In this document: positions 58,846-64,000 of the stretch, piece by piece | How the letters are laid out: every line of letters starts with the position of its first letter | Position numbering within the stretch: the first letter of the stretch is position 1 | Translations under genes and position numbers: made by a program | Assembly: GCF_044324875.1 (NCBI RefSeq) | Contig: NZ_CP172185.1 | Reading direction: 5' to 3' (one strand) | Source of the DNA: Escherichia coli | GTDB lineage: Bacteria; Pseudomonadota; Gammaproteobacteria; Enterobacterales; Enterobacteriaceae | DNA length: 64,000 nucleotides | Notes under the pieces: model-generated | What the model was told of the DNA's origin: nothing | What the model saw: only the letters and a program-made list of their open reading frames with translations | Databases searched by the model: none

Positions 58846-60477
58846 ATGAGACATTCATTGCCCTACCGCATGTTACGCAAACGTCCGATGAAATTGAGTA
58901 CCACAGTGATCTTAATGGTCAGCGCGGTACTGTTCTCGGTGCTATTGGTGGTGCATCTGATTTACTTCTCGCAAATCAGTGATATGACGCGAGACGGGCT
59001 AGCCAACAAGGCACTGGCGGTGGCGCGTACCCTCGCCGACTCGCCGGAAATCCGTCAGGGCTTGCAGAAAAAACCGCAGGAGAGCGGCATCCAGGCCATC
59101 GCGGAAGCCGTGCGCAAACGCAACGATCTGCTGTTTATTGTCGTTACCGATATGCAAAGTCTTCGCTACTCGCATCCTGAAGCCCAGCGTATTGGTCAGC
59201 CATTTAAAGGTGATGACATCCTTAAAGCGCTGAATGGCGAAGAAAATGTCGCTATCAATCGCGGTTTTCTGGCGCAGGCTTTACGCGTATTTACCCCCAT
59301 CTACGATGAAAATCATAAACAAATTGGCGTGGTGGCGATCGGCCTTGAGTTAAGTCGCGTGACCCAACAGATCAATGACAGTCGCTGGAGCATTATCTGG
59401 TCGGTATTATTTGGCATGCTGGTCGGACTGATCGGCACCTGCATTCTGGTTAAAGTACTGAAAAAAATTCTTTTTGGCCTGGAACCCTACGAAATCTCCA
59501 CGCTGTTTGAGCAACGCCAGGCCATGTTGCAGTCTATCAAAGAAGGCGTCGTTGCCGTGGACGATCGCGGCGAAGTCACGCTGATCAACGATGCCGCACA
59601 AGAATTGCTGAATTACCGTAAGTCGCAGGACGATGAGAAACTGTCGACGCTAAGCCACTCGTGGTCACAGGTAGTAGATGTCTCGGAAGTGTTACGCGAC
59701 GGTACCCCGCGCCGCGACGAAGAGATTACGATTAAAGACCGGCTATTACTGATCAACACCGTTCCGGTGCGCAGTAATGGCGTTATCATCGGTGCCATTT
59801 CAACCTTCAGAGACAAAACTGAAGTACGTAAACTGATGCAGCGACTCGACGGTCTGGTCAACTATGCTGACGCACTTCGTGAACGATCCCACGAATTTAT
59901 GAATAAATTGCACGTGATTCTCGGATTATTGCATCTGAAGAGTTATAAGCAGTTGGAAGATTACATTCTCAAAACAGCCAATAACTATCAGGAAGAGATT
60001 GGCTCTCTGCTGGGTAAGATCAAATCTCCGGTTATAGCTGGTTTTTTAATCAGCAAGATTAACCGCGCGACCGATTTAGGCCATACGCTGATTTTAAACA
60101 GTGAAAGCCAGCTGCCAGACAGCGGCAGTGAAGACCAGGTCGCGACGCTGATTACCACGTTGGGAAATCTGATAGAAAACGCGCTGGAAGCATTAGGGCC
60201 GGAACCCGGAGGCGAAATTAGCGTAACATTGCACTACCGTCACGGCTGGCTGCACTGTGAAGTTAATGATGATGGACCGGGGATCGCACCCGATAAAATC
60301 GATCACATTTTTGACAAAGGTGTCTCGACAAAAGGAAGCGAGCGAGGCGTCGGTTTAGCACTTGTCAAACAACAGGTAGAAAATCTCGGCGGCAGCATCG
60401 CCGTGGAATCGGAACCCGGGATTTTCACACAATTTTTTGTCCAGATACCCTGGGACGGGGAGAGGTCGAACAGATGA
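58846..60477 (+). CDS. dcuS: C4-dicarboxylate sensor histidine kinase
   Basis: 543 aa, matching DcuS. Confidence 0.97.
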   Translation: MRHSLPYRMLRKRPMKLSTTVILMVSAVLFSVLLVVHLIYFSQISDMTRDGLANKALAVARTLADSPEIRQGLQKKPQESGIQAIAEAVRKRNDLLFIVVTDMQSLRYSHPEAQRIGQPFKGDDILKALNGEENVAINRGFLAQALRVFTPIYDENHKQIGVVAIGLELSRVTQQINDSRWSIIWSVLFGMLVGLIGTCILVKVLKKILFGLEPYEISTLFEQRQAMLQSIKEGVVAVDDRGEVTLINDAAQELLNYRKSQDDEKLSTLSHSWSQVVDVSEVLRDGTPRRDEEITIKDRLLLINTVPVRSNGVIIGAISTFRDKTEVRKLMQRLDGLVNYADALRERSHEFMNKLHVILGLLHLKSYKQLEDYILKTANNYQEEIGSLLGKIKSPVIAGFLISKINRATDLGHTLILNSESQLPDSGSEDQVATLITTLGNLIENALEALGPEPGGEISVTLHYRHGWLHCEVNDDGPGIAPDKIDHIFDKGVSTKGSERGVGLALVKQQVENLGGSIAVESEPGIFTQFFVQIPWDGERSNR

Positions 60478-61193
60478 TCAATGTATTAATTATCGATGAC
60501 GACGCAATGGTCGCGGAGCTGAATCGCCGATACGTAGCACAAATCCCAGGCTTTCAATGCTGTGGAACAGCCTCGACGCTGGAGAAAGCCAAAGAGATTA
60601 TCTTCAATAGCGATACGCCTATCGACCTGATATTGCTCGATATCTATATGCAAAAAGAGAACGGGCTCGATTTACTGCCTGTCCTGCATAACGCGCGTTG
60701 CAAAAGTGATGTGATTGTCATCTCCTCCGCAGCCGATGCGGCAACCATTAAAGATTCGCTGCATTACGGTGTCGTGGATTACCTGATCAAACCCTTCCAG
60801 GCTTCCCGCTTTGAAGAGGCGCTCACCGGCTGGCGGCAAAAGAAAATGGCGCTGGAAAAACATCAGTATTATGACCAGGCCGAGCTTGATCAGCTAATCC
60901 ACGGCAGCAGCTCCAACGAGCAGGATCCTCGTCGCTTGCCAAAAGGCTTAACGCCGCAGACGTTACGCACGCTGTGCCAGTGGATTGACGCGCATCAGGA
61001 CTATGAGTTTTCAACCGACGAGCTGGCTAACGAGGTTAACATTTCGCGTGTTTCCTGCCGTAAATACCTCATCTGGCTGGTCAACTGCCACATCTTGTTC
61101 ACCAGTATCCATTATGGCGTCACGGGGCGTCCGGTTTACCGTTACCGTATTCAGGCAGAACACTACTCACTGCTGAAACAATATTGCCAATAA
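60474..61193 (+). CDS. dcuR: C4-dicarboxylate response regulator
   Basis: 239 aa, with a 4-nt overlap with dcuS. Confidence 0.97.
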   Translation: MINVLIIDDDAMVAELNRRYVAQIPGFQCCGTASTLEKAKEIIFNSDTPIDLILLDIYMQKENGLDLLPVLHNARCKSDVIVISSAADAATIKDSLHYGVVDYLIKPFQASRFEEALTGWRQKKMALEKHQYYDQAELDQLIHGSSSNEQDPRRLPKGLTPQTLRTLCQWIDAHQDYEFSTDELANEVNISRVSCRKYLIWLVNCHILFTSIHYGVTGRPVYRYRIQAEHYSLLKQYCQ

Positions 61194-61763
61194 CGGATCG
61201 CTGGTTATCTGTAAGTAATAATTATTACTGTAATGCAAAATATTCCTGGCACAAGTTACATTCTTCATCAGTAAAACTTGTGCCAGATCAAATATAATTA
61301 TCCCTCCATCATCGTTAAAAATTAATATCTCTTCAGATGAACGGTGTTTTTAATTTCAAAACGCTAACAAAAGTTAATTAACTATTATGTCACCCGCATT
61401 ATGTGTATTTTTACCCACAAATGGGTAGATCAGATTAATCTATAAACCTAATGATATCTGCCCTGAGAACAAAAAATAGACCGATAAATATCAATAAGAT
61501 AACAGCAAACAAAACATTAACATCTGCGCAGTACAAACTATAAACCCATCGCCAGAGAGTTTTTCTCTCTGAAAAAGCCGCTTATCACAGTGCATAAATT
61601 TGCCGCTGCTTTAATCAGCCAATATTCACTGTGAGGTATTTGCTAAAGCCGGTAACGACCAAACGGATATTTAGTCAGGCTCTGAAAACAGTTCATACAA
61701 AACAGAACGTGACTGTGATCTATTCAGCAAAAATTTAAATAGGATTATCGCGAGGGTTCACAC

Positions 61764-63104
61764 ATGTTATTTACTATCCAACTTATCATAATACTGATAT
61801 GTCTGTTTTATGGTGCCAGAAAGGGTGGTATCGCGCTGGGTTTATTAGGCGGTATCGGTCTGGTCATTCTGGTCTTCGTCTTCCACCTTCAGCCAGGTAA
61901 ACCACCGGTTGATGTCATGCTGGTTATCATTGCGGTGGTGGCGGCATCGGCGACCTTGCAAGCTTCGGGCGGTCTTGATGTCATGCTGCAAATTGCCGAG
62001 AAGCTGCTGCGCCGCAACCCGAAATATGTCTCAATTGTCGCGCCGTTTGTGACCTGTACGCTGACCATTCTTTGCGGTACGGGTCATGTGGTTTACACCA
62101 TTCTGCCGATCATCTACGACGTCGCCATTAAGAACAACATCCGTCCGGAACGCCCGATGGCGGCAAGTTCTATCGGTGCACAGATGGGGATTATCGCCAG
62201 TCCGGTGTCGGTTGCAGTCGTGTCTCTGGTTGCGATGCTGGGTAATGTCACCTTTGATGGTCGCCATCTTGAGTTCCTCGACCTGCTGGCAATCACCATT
62301 CCATCGACGTTAATCGGTATCCTGGCGATCGGTATCTTCAGCTGGTTCCGCGGTAAAGATCTGGATAAAGACGAAGAGTTCCAGAAATTCATCTCCGTAC
62401 CGGAAAACCGTGAGTATGTTTACGGTGATACCGCGACGTTGCTGGATAAAAAACTGCCGAAAAGCAACTGGCTGGCAATGTGGATCTTCCTCGGGGCAAT
62501 CGCTGTAGTCGCACTTCTTGGTGCTGATTCGGACCTGCGTCCATCCTTCGGTGGCAAACCGCTGTCGATGGTACTGGTTATTCAGATGTTTATGCTGCTT
62601 ACCGGGGCGCTGATTATTATCCTGACCAAAACCAATCCCGCGTCTATCTCAAAAAACGAAGTCTTCCGTTCCGGTATGATCGCCATCGTGGCGGTGTACG
62701 GTATCGCATGGATGGCTGAAACCATGTTCGGTGCGCATATGTCTGAAATTCAGGGCGTACTGGGTGAAATGGTGAAAGAGTATCCGTGGGCCTATGCCAT
62801 TGTTCTGCTGCTGGTTTCCAAGTTTGTAAACTCTCAGGCTGCGGCGCTGGCGGCGATTGTTCCGGTCGCGCTGGCGATCGGCGTTGATCCGGCATACATC
62901 GTGGCTTCAGCACCGGCTTGCTACGGTTATTACATCCTGCCGACTTATCCGAGCGATCTGGCAGCGATTCAGTTTGACCGTTCCGGCACCACCCACATCG
63001 GTCGCTTCGTCATCAACCACAGCTTTATTCTGCCGGGGTTGATTGGTGTGAGCGTATCGTGCGTCTTCGGCTGGATCTTCGCCGCGATGTACGGGTTCTT
63101 ATAA
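61764..63104 (+). CDS. dcuB: anaerobic C4-dicarboxylate transporter
   Basis: 446 aa: [30 protein letters not shown]... Confidence 0.97.
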
Positions 63105-63113
63105 ATGCACTTT

Positions 63114-63147
63114 GCGTGCCGCCCGTGACTACGCGGCACGCCATTTT
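63114..63147 (+). terminator. hairpin after dcuB
   Basis: gcgtgccgc-10 nt-gcggcacgc followed by cattttcg. Confidence 0.55.
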
Positions 63148-63181
63148 CGAATAACAAATACAGAGTTACAGGCTGGAAGCT

Positions 63182-64000
63182 ATGTCAAACAAACCCTTTA
63201 TCTACCAGGCACCTTTCCCGATGGGGAAAGACAATACCGAATACTATCTACTCACTTCCGATTACGTTAGCGTTGCCGACTTCGACGGCGAAACCATCCT
63301 GAAAGTGGAACCAGAAGCCCTGACTCTGCTGGCGCAGCAAGCCTTTCACGACGCTTCTTTCATGCTCCGTCCGGCACACCAAAAACAGGTCGCGGCTATT
63401 CTTCACGATCCAGAAGCCAGCGAAAACGACAAGTACGTGGCGCTGCAATTCTTAAGAAACTCCGAAATCGCCGCCAAAGGCGTGCTGCCGACCTGCCAGG
63501 ATACCGGCACCGCGATCATCGTCGGTAAAAAAGGTCAGCGCGTGTGGACCGGTGGCGGTGATGAAGAAGCACTGTCGAAAGGCGTCTATAACACCTATAT
63601 CGAAGATAACCTGCGCTATTCACAGAACGCGCCGCTGGACATGTATAAAGAGGTCAACACCGGCACGAACCTGCCTGCGCAAATCGACCTGTACGCGGTA
63701 GATGGCGATGAGTACAAATTCCTTTGCGTTGCGAAAGGCGGCGGCTCTGCCAACAAAACCTATCTCTACCAGGAAACCAAAGCCCTGCTGACTCCCGGCA
63801 AACTGAAAAACTTCCTCGTTGAGAAAATGCGTACCCTCGGTACTGCAGCCTGCCCGCCGTACCATATCGCGTTTGTGATTGGCGGTACGTCTGCGGAAAC
63901 CAACCTGAAAACCGTCAAGTTAGCAAGCGCTCACTATTACGATGAACTGCCGACGGAAGGGAACGAACATGGTCAGGCGTTCCGCGATGTCCAGCTGGAA
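63182..64000 (+). CDS. fumB: class I fumarate hydratase, 5' portion (continues beyond the window)
   Basis: Open at the window edge and absent from the ORF track. Manual translation gives [47 protein letters not shown]... Confidence 0.93.
   Translation, partial: MSNKPFIYQAPFPMGKDNTEYYLLTSDYVSVADFDGETILKVEPEALTLLAQQAFHDASFMLRPAHQKQVAAILHDPEASENDKYVALQFLRNSEIAAKGVLPTCQDTGTAIIVGKKGQRVWTGGGDEEALSKGVYNTYIEDNLRYSQNAPLDMYKEVNTGTNLPAQIDLYAVDGDEYKFLCVAKGGGSANKTYLYQETKALLTPGKLKNFLVEKMRTLGTAACPPYHIAFVIGGTSAETNLKTVKLASAHYYDELPTEGNEHGQAFRDVQLE

Overview
This window looks like an Escherichia coli chromosome segment in two parts. All calls come from reading the ORF translations and the raw sequence by eye, using remembered family signatures. 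No database search, HMM search or exact composition statistics were run.

(A) Positions 1 to about 47,960 are the distal part of a large mosaic genomic island. It ends at a 22-nt copy of the tRNA-Phe 3' end (attR, 47935-47956), next to the pheU terminator.

(B) Positions about 48,000 to 64,000 are ordinary conserved core: cadC-cadB-cadA, dtpC, lysU, ghoT/ghoS, yjdJ, yjdI, dcuS-dcuR, dcuB and the start of fumB.

Island content, left to right:
- A visibly GC-richer xyloside block: LamB-type porin, xylA, GPH symporter, GH43 xylosidase.
- A divergent pair of HNH nucleases, candidate type IV restriction enzymes.
- A relic of a second CP4-type island terminus.
- A haem-receptor locus whose DUF4198 partner gene is split by IS2, with a 5-bp target duplication.
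- An IS66-family element nested in a decayed IS2-like element, with an 8-bp duplication.
- A frameshifted MazF-like toxin, an orphan ugpB followed by a decayed IS110-family transposase, and a secreted phytase-like esterase.
- An RpiR/PTS-EIICB/NanE-like module.
- An MliC-like protein, a LuxR-type regulator and a trimeric autotransporter adhesin.
- A split transketolase with an Ula-type PTS and a LacI regulator.
- A CP4-57/CP4-44-style backbone: broken ProQ/FinO gene, three YagK/YfjJ (inovirus Gp2-like) paralogues, alpA, YeeP-like GTPase, DUF932, antirestriction, RadC-like, DUF987, cbeA/cbtA, yeeW-like and a frameshifted DUF4942.

The least explained parts, and my best candidates for something new:
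- The 1.58-kb ORF-free, A/C-skewed tract with recurring short words (38815-40397).
- The AT-rich 407-aa orphan beside it (40398-41621).
- The HUH-motif Rep-like paralogue cluster (36023-38814).
- The divergent HNH pair (6412-8099).
- A three-hairpin candidate small RNA (28853-28939).

No CRISPR array, rRNA gene or complete tRNA gene was seen.
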